From assembly GCA_903916595.1 (NCBI GenBank), contig CAIWXI010000137.1, positions 2,979 through 66,978 of the forward strand: 64,000 nucleotides of DNA, given 5' to 3'. Source of the stretch: an uncultured Bacteroidales bacterium. Its GTDB lineage: Bacteria; Bacteroidota; Bacteroidia; Bacteroidales; FEN-979. Of this stretch, positions 39,334 to 48,926 are shown piece after piece. A program made the position numbers and the translations under genes. Below the pieces are notes generated by a model. The model saw only the letters and a list, made by a program, of their open reading frames with translations, was not told the DNA's origin and did no database searches. Numbering within the stretch: position 1 is the stretch's first letter; the number at the start of each line of letters is the position of its first letter.

Positions 39334-41199
39334 GTGAAAAAGCTTTTTCTTTTATTTATACGGCAGCTTGTTTTCTGGATTGTTTTTTTCAATTTCACCA
39401 GGCTGGTATTTCTTGTTTATTATTCCGGCATCCTTGGCATAGAAGGGATAAAATTTGCTGAGGTACTGAGTGTTTTTGCACATTCCATCAAGCTCGACCT
39501 TGCAACAGCCTGTTATTTTATGATTTTTCCGTTCCTGCTGCTGTTACTTCAGTCGCTCTGGAGCCCGAAGTGGCTGAATACTATTAATAAGGTATACTCT
39601 GGCATTCTGATCTTCGGCTATTCACTGAGCGCTGCCGCGGAAATGGGGATTTATGCCGAGTGGAAAACCAAGCTTACCTATAAGGTCATCAAGTATCTTT
39701 CACATCCTTCAGAGATATATAACTCTGCCGAGACAGGCACTTTCTTTCTTTTGGTTTTACTGTTTGCCGCGATGTTTGCCGCAGGCTTCTATACTTATCT
39801 GCGTTGGTTTTACTGTGACTTCAGCAAAGTGAGGGTTCCCTTCCGGCAATCGATTGTTTTTGCCGTTGTACTGCCTCCATTACTATTTATCGGGCTGAGG
39901 GGAGGGGTTCAGCAGATTCCGATCAACCAGAGCCAGTCATATTTCTCTGATCATAATATTCTGAACCTGGCAGCAGTGAATACGGCATTCAACCTGTACA
40001 TAAGCATTTTCGAGAACCTGGGAAACATACGTCAGAATCCATATCTCCTGATGGACGACAAACAGGCTGCAGAAATCATGAAGGGTCTTTATTCTGTTGA
40101 AAAAGACACAACCGTTTCAGTGCTTACAACCACCCGTCCGAACATTGTGCTGTTGATCATGGAGAGCTGGTCGGCCGACCTGATAAAGGAGCTGGGAGGT
40201 GAAGCGGGTATAACACCTCAGTTCAGCAAACTGGCCAGTGAAGGGATTCTGTTCAATTCCATCTATGCGTCCGGCTCCCGCTCGGAACAGGGAATGGCCT
40301 GTATTTTCGGGGGATTCCCTGCTCATCCGGTTTCATCCATCACGGTACAGCCAGATAAGTTTATAAAGCTTCCAAGTCTTGTGAGGGATCTGAAAAAGCA
40401 AAATTACAGTACTGCATTTTATTTTGGCGGACAGCTGATCTACGGGAACATCAAAAGTTATATCATTTTCAATGGTTTTACCCAGGTGATGGAAGGAGAA
40501 AATTTTCCGGCTTCCATACCCAGGGGAAAGCTTGGCATTCATGATGAATATTCACTGGGATACCTTGTAAATGATCTGGATAAATTCCATCAGCCTTTCC
40601 TCGCTTCTCTTTTCACTGTTTCCACGCATTCGCCCTGGGATCAGCCTTTTCCAAAATTGCTGAAATGGGGTGGCAATGAACAGGAATACATCAATGCAGC
40701 CTATTATACCGATCACTGCCTTGGAGAGTTTTTCAGGAAAGCCAGGCAAAAGGATTGGTATTCGAATACCTTATTTATTATAGTAGCTGACCATAGCCAT
40801 AACTCCTACCGCAACTGGCATCCCGAATCGATGGAGTACCATAAGATCCCTTTGTTATTTTACGGGGATGTGATCAAACCGGAATTCCGTGGAAAAGCCT
40901 GCAGTAAGTTAGGCAACCAGCATGATATAGCAAAAACTTTGCTTTACCAGTTGGGACTGCCTCATCAGTCGTATAAATACAGTAAAAACCTTTTCAATCC
41001 GTATACGCCTGGTTTTGCCTATTATTCTACCGAAGACGGAGCGGGCTGGATTCATGGCCCAAACTATTATACGTTTGAAGCGCATCCGTATATTGGTTAC
41101 AGATGGAGTTATTTCAACCCGGCTTCAGACAGCACTCGTGTTATTAATGAAGCGAAGGCATATCTTCAGACGGTGTTTGGGGAGTATCTTAAAGATTGA
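39334..41199 (+). CDS. LTA synthase-family sulfatase-like membrane protein
   Basis: Five TM segments, PNIVLLIMES, STHSP and ADH motifs. Confidence 0.9.
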   Translation: MKKLFLLFIRQLVFWIVFFNFTRLVFLVYYSGILGIEGIKFAEVLSVFAHSIKLDLATACYFMIFPFLLLLLQSLWSPKWLNTINKVYSGILIFGYSLSAAAEMGIYAEWKTKLTYKVIKYLSHPSEIYNSAETGTFFLLVLLFAAMFAAGFYTYLRWFYCDFSKVRVPFRQSIVFAVVLPPLLFIGLRGGVQQIPINQSQSYFSDHNILNLAAVNTAFNLYISIFENLGNIRQNPYLLMDDKQAAEIMKGLYSVEKDTTVSVLTTTRPNIVLLIMESWSADLIKELGGEAGITPQFSKLASEGILFNSIYASGSRSEQGMACIFGGFPAHPVSSITVQPDKFIKLPSLVRDLKKQNYSTAFYFGGQLIYGNIKSYIIFNGFTQVMEGENFPASIPRGKLGIHDEYSLGYLVNDLDKFHQPFLASLFTVSTHSPWDQPFPKLLKWGGNEQEYINAAYYTDHCLGEFFRKARQKDWYSNTLFIIVADHSHNSYRNWHPESMEYHKIPLLFYGDVIKPEFRGKACSKLGNQHDIAKTLLYQLGLPHQSYKYSKNLFNPYTPGFAYYSTEDGAGWIHGPNYYTFEAHPYIGYRWSYFNPASDSTRVINEAKAYLQTVFGEYLKD

Positions 41200-41284
41200 T
41201 GCGGGATGCAGGATGCAGGATGCAGGATGCGGGATGCAGGATGCAGGATGCAAGATGCAGGATGCAAGATGCAGGATGCAGGAT
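41198..41284 (+). repeat. (GATGCRR)x12 heptamer tandem repeat
   Basis: Units GATGCAG, GATGCGG and GATGCAA; fills the gap between convergent stops. Confidence 0.97.
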
Positions 41285-41287
41285 CTA

Positions 41288-42535
41288 CTATTCCAGGCTG
41301 TGAACCACGAGTCCGGACCTGAGTTTGGGTTCAAACCATGTAGTTTTAGGCGGCATGATATTCCCTGAATCAGCGATATCGATAAGTTGTTTCATCGAGA
41401 CAGCAAACAAAGCAAAGGCTGCTTTCATTTCACCGCTGTCGACCCGTTTCTTCAGTTCCCCCAGTCCCCTGATGCCACCAACGAAATCAACACGGTTGGA
41501 GGTCCTGAGGTCCTTGATACCGAGGATCTGATCGAGGACAAGTTTTGAAAGGATGGTAACATCCAGAACTCCGATGGGGTCGGAATCATTGTATGTGCCG
41601 GGTTTTGCCGTAAGCGAATACCAGTTGTCATTGAGATACATGCTGAAGTTGTGCAGCTTTACCGGTTTATAAATGACAGGCCCTTTGTTCCCGATGATAA
41701 AGACTTTGCCGAGTTCTTCAAACAGTTGTTCCTCTGAAAGTCCGTTGAGGTCTTTTACAAGGCGATTATAATCGATAATCGATAACTGGTTGTCGGGAAA
41801 ATGTACAGCAAGAAAAAAATTGTATTCTTCATTCCCGTTGTGGTCAGGGTTATTGTTCTTTTTCTCATTCCCTACCAGGGCTGCAGCAGCCGTGCGGTGA
41901 TGGCCGTCGGCCACGTATGTCGCCGGAACTTTAGCAAACAGGCCGGTGAGGGTTGAAATTACAGCATCGTCATCAATAACCCAGAAATGGTGTCCTATGC
42001 CGTCGACCGATGTAAAATCATAGACCGGTGCATGGTTGCCAATAAAATCAGCAACGATTTCATCGATCTCTTTTACCGCCGGATAAGTAAAGAAAACCGG
42101 TTCCATGTTGGCATTAGTGACGCGTACATGTTTCATCCGGTCTTCTTCTTTTTCCTTCCTGGTCAGCTCATGTTTTTTGATAATGCCATCCATATAATCC
42201 TGAACACCCGCACAGCCCACAAGACCATACTGTGTCTTGCCGTTCATGGTCTGGGCATAGATGTATAGATTGTCTTTAGTATCGGGAATAAGCCAGCCAT
42301 TTTTTCTGAACAGGTCAAAATTTTCCTTAGCTTTGTTATAAACAGCCTGGGCATGAACATCCAGATCATCCGGCAGATCTATCTCGGGTTTGATAATATG
42401 CAGAAGAGAGTAAGGATTGCCTTTTGCTTCTTCACGGGCTTCCTCAGAGTTAAGAACATCATAAGGCCTGGATGCCAAATCTTTAACGATTTCTTTTGGT
42501 GGGCGCAGTCCTTTGAAAGCTTTTAATATTGCCAT
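41288..42535 (-). CDS. DUF1015 family protein
   Basis: RPYDV, IKKHELT, YVADGHHR and MPPKTTWFEPKLRSGL motifs. Confidence 0.92.
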   Translation of the reverse strand: MAILKAFKGLRPPKEIVKDLASRPYDVLNSEEAREEAKGNPYSLLHIIKPEIDLPDDLDVHAQAVYNKAKENFDLFRKNGWLIPDTKDNLYIYAQTMNGKTQYGLVGCAGVQDYMDGIIKKHELTRKEKEEDRMKHVRVTNANMEPVFFTYPAVKEIDEIVADFIGNHAPVYDFTSVDGIGHHFWVIDDDAVISTLTGLFAKVPATYVADGHHRTAAAALVGNEKKNNNPDHNGNEEYNFFLAVHFPDNQLSIIDYNRLVKDLNGLSEEQLFEELGKVFIIGNKGPVIYKPVKLHNFSMYLNDNWYSLTAKPGTYNDSDPIGVLDVTILSKLVLDQILGIKDLRTSNRVDFVGGIRGLGELKKRVDSGEMKAAFALFAVSMKQLIDIADSGNIMPPKTTWFEPKLRSGLVVHSLE

Positions 42536-42553
42536 AATAATTAAGAAATTGAA

Positions 42554-42985
42554 TTATTCGTCATCATCATCGTGATCACTCCCGTGCTCTTCCATTTTTA
42601 CACTCCGTTGCAGAGAGCCTATCAAAGCCCCTATCATCTTGGTCATTTCCATCAGCTGATTCTTCGAATCGTCGTAATGTTTCTGAGTGATGATGTTACG
42701 GTGAAGGGCCAGGGTAGTGAGTACCACGCATTCCCTCACTGAACTTTTAGCCATTTTAAGGTAATAAACAAACTGGCTTTTATTCCTGGATGAGCCTTCT
42801 GCGATGTTCAGCGAAATGGCCTGGGCCGGGATCAGGAAGCGGTCGAAAAAAGTTTTAACATCAGCATCGCTGCCCGCATTTTTTGCCATGTCATATCCCC
42901 AGCTTATGTACTCCAACGATTTGTGGTAGATTCTGAGATCTTCAAATCTGAAAAAAGTAATGGGTTTTTCTTGTCCGTTTTCCAT
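42554..42985 (-). CDS. Four-helix-bundle protein (23S rRNA IVP/S23/Avd-like family)
   Basis: FRFEDLRIY, SLNIAEGS and FVYYLKMAKSSVREC motifs. Confidence 0.9.
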   Translation of the reverse strand: MENGQEKPITFFRFEDLRIYHKSLEYISWGYDMAKNAGSDADVKTFFDRFLIPAQAISLNIAEGSSRNKSQFVYYLKMAKSSVRECVVLTTLALHRNIITQKHYDDSKNQLMEMTKMIGALIGSLQRSVKMEEHGSDHDDDDE

Positions 42986-43029
42986 CGTTTAGGCAGTTTG
43001 TTATTGATTATTTAATTTTCACCATTTCA

Positions 43030-43953
43030 CTATTTGTTCACCTGATACGTCTTATCCCCATTATTTATGAAATTCACTATCTGTTTTGCTGCGGCGATAC
43101 CGGCGTTGATGTTGGCTTCTTCGGTCTGAGCTCCCATTTTCTTGGGTGTGCAGAAGAACTTTGCTTTAAAACCTGCTTCGATTTCAGCTTTATTCGTTGG
43201 CTCAACATCCGAGAGGTAAGCAAAGTCTTTTCTTTCCTGGAATGTTTTCAGCAGTTCAGCTTCGTTGATCACCTCGGCTCTGGCAGTATTCACGAGTACT
43301 GCAGGCGAGGGCATACGCGAGAGAAGACTATAATTCACCGATTGTTTGGTTTGGCTGTTTGCAGGGATATGCAGAGAGATAAAATTGCATTTGCTGTACA
43401 GTTCTTCAACTGAGCCTAACCATTTTACACCGTCTTGTTCGATTGTTTCCCTGGGGATGAAGGGATCGTAAGCATATACTTCCATTCCAAACCCTTTGGC
43501 AATGCGGGCTACATTTTTACCAACAGCCCCATAGGCATGGATTCCGAGTTTTTTATCTTTCAGTTCAAATCCGGATTTCCCGTTGAAGAAATTCCTGAAA
43601 TAATACACCATCATCCCAAGAGCCAGTTCCGCTACCGCATTGGAATTCTGTCCCGGGGTATTCATAACCACAACGCCTTTAGCCGTAGCTGCAGCCAGAT
43701 CAACATTGTCGTAGCCAGCGCCGGCGCGGACTACTATTTTCAGGTTCTGACCGGCATCAATCACGGCCTTGTCGGTCTTGTCTGAGCGTATGATCACCGC
43801 GTCAGCGTCGGCCACGGCCCGAATGAAATCATCCTGGCTGGTATAATTTTCGAGAAGGACCAGTTCGAACCCGGCCTGTTCAATAACCTGTCTGATACCT
43901 TTTACAGCAACAGGAGCAAATGCCTTATCTGTTGCAACAAGTACTTTTGTCAT
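43030..43953 (-). CDS. serA: D-3-phosphoglycerate dehydrogenase (short form)
   Basis: RAGAGYDNVD, NSNAVAEL and VNTAR motifs; adjacent to serC. Confidence 0.85.
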   Translation of the reverse strand: MTKVLVATDKAFAPVAVKGIRQVIEQAGFELVLLENYTSQDDFIRAVADADAVIIRSDKTDKAVIDAGQNLKIVVRAGAGYDNVDLAAATAKGVVVMNTPGQNSNAVAELALGMMVYYFRNFFNGKSGFELKDKKLGIHAYGAVGKNVARIAKGFGMEVYAYDPFIPRETIEQDGVKWLGSVEELYSKCNFISLHIPANSQTKQSVNYSLLSRMPSPAVLVNTARAEVINEAELLKTFQERKDFAYLSDVEPTNKAEIEAGFKAKFFCTPKKMGAQTEEANINAGIAAAKQIVNFINNGDKTYQVNK

Positions 43954-43967
43954 ATGTAGGGAGATTT

Positions 43968-43989
43968 GGGAGGCGCCGAAACGCCTCCC
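43968..43989 (-). other. Intercistronic stem-loop (serC/serA), no U-tract in the sense direction
   Basis: GGGAGGCG-TTTCGG-CGCCTCCC. Confidence 0.6.
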
Positions 43990-43999
43990 TGGTTTTTAC

Positions 44000-45070
44000 T
44001 TAAACGTTTTCTTTTTCAAATTCATTCATACAATCAACCAGCGCCTGAACACTTTCGTAGGGCAATGCGTTGTAAGTCGATGCACGGAACCCTCCGACGG
44101 AACGATGTCCTTTGATGCCGATCATACCTTGCTTCTTTGCCGCTTCCATAAAGGCATCTTCCTTGTCTTTATACTGCTCTTTCATTACGAAACAGATATT
44201 CATCAGCGAACGGCTGTCGGGAGCCACGGTCCCGGTGAAAATTTTGCTGTTGTCGATGGTGTCGTAAAGCAATTTGGCTTTTCTGATGTTCATCTCTTCT
44301 ACAGCTGTTACACCTCCAAGTCCCTTGATCCATCTCAGGGTCTCGAGACAGGTAAAAATTGCAAATACAGGTGGTGTATTATATAATGAAGGTTCTTTCA
44401 GGTGGGTTGCATAGTTAAGCATGCTGGGAATTTTTCTGTCGACCTTGCCAAGGATATCTTCCTTTATGATAACAAAAGTAACACCGGCCGGGCCGAGATT
44501 TTTCTGGGCGCCTCCATAAATAAGGACATATTTTGATATGTCGACAGGGCGGCTGAGGATATCCGATGACATGTCTGCTACCATGGGAACGGGGCTGTCT
44601 ATGTCGTAACGGATTTCTGATCCGTAGATGGTATTATTTGTAGTGATGTGAAAATAATCTACATCGGTGGGGATGGTATATCCTGTGGGGATATAAGTAA
44701 AATTTTTATCGGCGGATGAGGCTACAACGTTGACCTCACCGAAGAACTTTGCTTCTTTGATGGCTTTCTGTGCCCAGACACCGGTTTCAAGATAGGCTGC
44801 TTTTTTGTTAAGGAGGTTATAAGGTACCATGTCAAACTGAAGGCTGGCGCCACCTCCAAGGAAAATGATCTGATATCCGGCAGGGATGTTCAGAAGTTCC
44901 TTGAAAAGACTAACCGCTTCGTCGATGATAGCTTGAAAATCCTTGCTCCTGTGCGAGATTTCAAGCAGAGATAATCCTATTCCGTTTAGGTCAAGAATAG
45001 CTTTGGCCGAGTTCTCAATAGCGATCCGCGGTAATACCGAGGGACCGGCATTAAAGTTGTGTTTCTTCAT
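44000..45070 (-). CDS. serC: Phosphoserine aminotransferase
   Basis: [20 protein letters not shown] and GHRSVGG motifs. Confidence 0.97.
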   Translation of the reverse strand: MKKHNFNAGPSVLPRIAIENSAKAILDLNGIGLSLLEISHRSKDFQAIIDEAVSLFKELLNIPAGYQIIFLGGGASLQFDMVPYNLLNKKAAYLETGVWAQKAIKEAKFFGEVNVVASSADKNFTYIPTGYTIPTDVDYFHITTNNTIYGSEIRYDIDSPVPMVADMSSDILSRPVDISKYVLIYGGAQKNLGPAGVTFVIIKEDILGKVDRKIPSMLNYATHLKEPSLYNTPPVFAIFTCLETLRWIKGLGGVTAVEEMNIRKAKLLYDTIDNSKIFTGTVAPDSRSLMNICFVMKEQYKDKEDAFMEAAKKQGMIGIKGHRSVGGFRASTYNALPYESVQALVDCMNEFEKENV

Positions 45071-45209
45071 AAAATCAGTTTTTTGAGTGTATTATAAATA
45101 TTTTGATAAATAATCTTGCACAAACGAATGATCTAGCAAAATAAACGAATTTCAACCGAAAAATCAAAAATAAGATTTTTTTCGGGAGAAATCAGGCCTG
45201 TTAATGCAT

Positions 45210-46166
45210 TTACTTTATTTTAGGGTTCATCGCGTCGAATTCCCCGATATATTTCCAATTGAAATTTTCATAGATAAACCCCTCAGCAGTTTCTGATGCG
45301 GGGACATAGAATTTATACTGACCTTCAAGTTGGGGTTGCATGGGTGAAAGGTGATCGAAAACGATCATCAACCTGGTCTTGTTATTTGTTTCATATTCTC
45401 TCTTTTTGCTGTTCCAGACCGGCTTTCCAGGGATGGATTGTTGCCGGTAACTCAGGCTCATGCCTGTAGATGAAGAGTGCCGGAAGATAATACGCGATAG
45501 CTTGCCATCGAGGTAACCGGGGAAAACCGGGGCTCCGAACTTCGGAACACCCTTTTTATCAAAAACAAGAACCTCGATAAGTTTACTGCCGATCTCGCTG
45601 TCTATTCCATCCCATCCAAGCAGAATGAAGGCATTCTTCTTATCTTTCATCTTAAAAGGAATAATTTTGTAATACAGGGCCCCGTACCAGTCGGCAGAAT
45701 CACAGATTTTATATTCCGGTTCCTTGATCGTATCAGAATGGTCGCACAAGGTCACGGGAAGGAATTTTCTGAGCGATCCTTTGAACTGGATCAGGCCGTA
45801 ATACCTGTTGCCTCCGCTTATCAGCGGCACATTCCAGTTATAGAGACGGAATAGCCCGTCGGGGGATTCGATTTTTGCAACATACTTCAGTGAATCCCAG
45901 GCGTAATCTGCCGAACCCTCAAGACTTAAGGCAATCCGCAGCTGGTTCAAAAAATCAAGGCTTAGCGCCAGGCGGGCGCTGTCGGTCTTTCCATGGCTTA
46001 TGCCGCTGAAAATTTCTTTTAGTTCAATTTCTGTTTTGATCAGGCTGAAAGAGCTCTGGCATTGTAGCTTATGGGAATCAATCATCAGCAGTAACAATAA
46101 CAGAAGAAAGGAATAGGCAAAAAATCTCATCAATAGTGTAATTTTGCAGCACGAAGATATGGACAT
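45210..46166 (-). CDS. Conserved hypothetical exported protein
   Basis: Signal-like N-terminus (likely start MRFFAY, 46130), WYGALYY and IVFDHL. Confidence 0.7.
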   Translation of the reverse strand: MSISSCCKITLLMRFFAYSFLLLLLLLMIDSHKLQCQSSFSLIKTEIELKEIFSGISHGKTDSARLALSLDFLNQLRIALSLEGSADYAWDSLKYVAKIESPDGLFRLYNWNVPLISGGNRYYGLIQFKGSLRKFLPVTLCDHSDTIKEPEYKICDSADWYGALYYKIIPFKMKDKKNAFILLGWDGIDSEIGSKLIEVLVFDKKGVPKFGAPVFPGYLDGKLSRIIFRHSSSTGMSLSYRQQSIPGKPVWNSKKREYETNNKTRLMIVFDHLSPMQPQLEGQYKFYVPASETAEGFIYENFNWKYIGEFDAMNPKIK

Positions 46167-47208
46167 CAGAACCCGAATCCAAACATTTATTGAAACCGGC
46201 AGGATGCTTTCACGCTTTCCACTGGTAATGGATAACGGAACGGCTCATCCTATGGAAGAGCCGGCACTGAGAGCCAGGGAGGCTAATCCCTGGTTTACCC
46301 CTGAAAACATACGGTTTGCACTGAATGCACTGGGAGAATCCATGACAGCCTTCAGTTTTGATCAATGGCTGGAGCCATATATGAGTTCGCTGGGAGGCAC
46401 CGGAAAAGTACCAAAGATTGTTGGCGTTGTGACTGCCGGCAACATACCTCTGGCAGGATTTCATGATTTTATGAGTGTTTTGCTTTGCGGCCACATCTTC
46501 TGTGGAAAACTTTCGGGCCAGGATAAGATATTGCTCCCGGCTGTTGCAGCCTTTATAGAGGCGATACATCCCGGCTGGAAGGACAGGATCCGGTTTACCG
46601 ATGTGCCTTTTAAGCAGGTTGATGCGATCATTGCCACAGGGAGTGATAATACGCACAGGTATTTTGAGTATTATTTCTCACGCTATCCGCATATTATAAG
46701 GAAAAACCGAAATGGAGTCGCTGTTCTTAATGGAGATGAAAGCGAGGATGAACTGAATGGTTTGGCGATGGATGTGATGCTTTATTTCGGATTGGGATGC
46801 AGGAGTGTTTCAAAGATTTATATTCCTCAGGATTATGATGTGATGAGACTACTCCCATACTTTGAACCCTGGAACGAACTCATCCGCCATAATAAATATT
46901 TCAACAATTACGAATATCAGAAAAGTATTCGGATCGTGAACAGGAAGCCATATTATGATTTCGGGAACCTGCTTCTTAACGAGGAAAGCAGGCTGGTATC
47001 ACCGGTCTCGGTGTTGAACTTCGGGAGGTATAACGATCTGAAAACGCTTTCGGGCGAGCTCAGAATTCATTCAGATCAGATTCAGTGTGTTGTTTCTGCT
47101 ACCGATCCGGGTATGCCCTGTATACTTCCAGGAACCGCTCAAAAGCCTGAATTATGGGAATATGCAGACGGCATTGACACGGTTCGTTTCCTGATAAATG
47201 AAATTTAG
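46159..47208 (+). CDS. Acyl-CoA reductase (LuxC-like)
   Basis: NPWFT, AGNIPLAGFHD, IATGS and YFGLGCRSVSK motifs. Confidence 0.88.
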   Translation: MDIRTRIQTFIETGRMLSRFPLVMDNGTAHPMEEPALRAREANPWFTPENIRFALNALGESMTAFSFDQWLEPYMSSLGGTGKVPKIVGVVTAGNIPLAGFHDFMSVLLCGHIFCGKLSGQDKILLPAVAAFIEAIHPGWKDRIRFTDVPFKQVDAIIATGSDNTHRYFEYYFSRYPHIIRKNRNGVAVLNGDESEDELNGLAMDVMLYFGLGCRSVSKIYIPQDYDVMRLLPYFEPWNELIRHNKYFNNYEYQKSIRIVNRKPYYDFGNLLLNEESRLVSPVSVLNFGRYNDLKTLSGELRIHSDQIQCVVSATDPGMPCILPGTAQKPELWEYADGIDTVRFLINEI

Positions 47209-47277
47209 TCGAAAAAATATTTGTTTTTCAGAGAAAAGTCTGTACTTTTGCACCCTCATTTGCAAATTTCTATTACA

Positions 47278-47547
47278 ATGAAAAAAGATATTCATCCCAA
47301 GGATTACAGGCTGGTGGTTTTCAAGGATATGTCGAATGATCATTCATTCATCTCAAAATCAGCAGTTAAAACGAGAGAAACCATGGTATGGGAAGACGGC
47401 GTTGTATACCCATTGGTAAAACTTGAAATTTCTTACACTTCACATCCTTATTATACCGGAAAAATGAAACTTGTTGATACGGCCGGCCGTGTTGATAAAT
47501 TCAAGAGCCGCTATAAGAAGCATCTGGAAATGAAGAATGAAAAATAA
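47278..47547 (+). CDS. rpmE2: 50S ribosomal protein L31 type B (no Zn-binding Cys)
   Basis: MKKDIHP..SHPYYTG..DTAGRVDKF. Confidence 0.95.
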   Translation: MKKDIHPKDYRLVVFKDMSNDHSFISKSAVKTRETMVWEDGVVYPLVKLEISYTSHPYYTGKMKLVDTAGRVDKFKSRYKKHLEMKNEK

Positions 47548-47567
47548 TACCCTGTAGATTATATTAA

Positions 47568-47598
47568 GCCCTTGTTATACCGACAAGGGTTTTTTTTT
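47568..47598 (+). terminator. Intrinsic terminator
   Basis: CCCTTGT/ACAAGGG stem followed by T9. Confidence 0.85.
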
Positions 47599-47662
47599 GT
47601 TCCCTAAGTTCATTAATTTTGCAGTCATGATTTCCTGTTGAATCAATCTATACCTGCGAGCT

Positions 47663-48853
47663 ATGAATTACATCCTCTTCGATGACAGTTTTGTAAGAAC
47701 AAATCTTCTTCCTCTCACCTTTATGCGGCCTATTGCCGATATCCGTATCGGAATTCTTACAATCAGGGAAAAGTGGGAACTATATCTGAATGCAAAGACG
47801 TCAACTCTTACAGAATCGTATTTATCGAAAAAATTCAGGATCGTTAAAGAGGAAGAGAACATTCTTATCAATGCTTCGGTTTGTCCGACCCAGGAAGTGG
47901 TAGATGCCGTGTTGAATCTGAAGCCATACCAGACCATTGTGTATCAGGACACGATTATTGCCGTTCACGTGAAGGCCGAGGATCTTGATAAATTAGGTGA
48001 TGCTTCAGGCGATGGAATAGAAGAGATCAGTATCAAGAATCCTCCATTAAGGATAGGGCATACCTGGGAAGTGTTTTCCAAAAATGGCTTAGCGATCAAC
48101 GACGATTTTGAACTTCTCACCAGAGGCAGGAAATCGCAGAAGCTCAGTGCGACAAATACTGTGATAGGCAAAGGTAAGGTGTTTCTTGAAAAAGGAGCCA
48201 CCGTCGAATGTGCCATATTCAACACCGTAGAAGGTCCGATTTACATCGGCAAAGATGCAGAGGTTATGGAAGGAACGGTTATCCGTGGTCCTTTCGCTTT
48301 ATGTGAAGGCTCACAGGTCAAAATGTCTGCAAAAATTTACGGGCCGACTACGGTAGGGCCATATTCAAGGGTAGGAGGGGAGATAAACAACTCTGTTATT
48401 TTTGGTTATTCCAATAAAGCTCACGACGGTTTCCTGGGCCATTCAGTAATTGCCGAATGGTGCAACCTGGGTTCTGATACCAATACATCAAATCTTAAGA
48501 ATACTTACGAAATGGTCAGACTCTGGAGCTATGGAAAACAGACCTTTGTAAGTACCAGTCAGCAGTTCTGCGGCCTGATCATGGGCGACCACTCGAAATG
48601 CGGCATCAATACCATGTTCAATACCGGGACTGTGGTAGGTGTAAACGCGAATATCTTCGGACCAGGGTTCCAGAGAAATTTCATTCCTTCTTTCACATGG
48701 GGCGGTACTGCCGGACATGCCAATTATGATCTCAAGAAAGCTATTGAAGTAGCTGAAATAGTCTACACGAGGCGGCATAAAATACTCGATGACGTGGAGA
48801 AAGATCTGCTTGCAAGCGTTTACAATCTGACGCTCAAAAATAAATTTTTATAA
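47663..48853 (+). CDS. GlmU-like sugar nucleotidyl/acyltransferase (Bacteroidota type)
   Basis: LLPLTFMRP..RIGILTIREKW, hexapeptide repeats and NKAHDGFLG. Confidence 0.88.
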   Translation: MNYILFDDSFVRTNLLPLTFMRPIADIRIGILTIREKWELYLNAKTSTLTESYLSKKFRIVKEEENILINASVCPTQEVVDAVLNLKPYQTIVYQDTIIAVHVKAEDLDKLGDASGDGIEEISIKNPPLRIGHTWEVFSKNGLAINDDFELLTRGRKSQKLSATNTVIGKGKVFLEKGATVECAIFNTVEGPIYIGKDAEVMEGTVIRGPFALCEGSQVKMSAKIYGPTTVGPYSRVGGEINNSVIFGYSNKAHDGFLGHSVIAEWCNLGSDTNTSNLKNTYEMVRLWSYGKQTFVSTSQQFCGLIMGDHSKCGINTMFNTGTVVGVNANIFGPGFQRNFIPSFTWGGTAGHANYDLKKAIEVAEIVYTRRHKILDDVEKDLLASVYNLTLKNKFL

Positions 48854-48926
48854 TCCTGTCATTTCTGGCACGTAATTTGACTAATTATTTAGCCCGGTTA
48901 ATATACCCGGGCCTGACATTTCTTTT

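Noticed and set aside
41015-41368. ORFs with MQDAGC/ILHPASC repeats
   Set aside because: Artefacts of the GATGCRR array overlapping real genes.
42554-42985. Diversity-generating retroelement (Avd-like gene)
   Set aside because: No reverse transcriptase or TR/VR repeat pair in the window.
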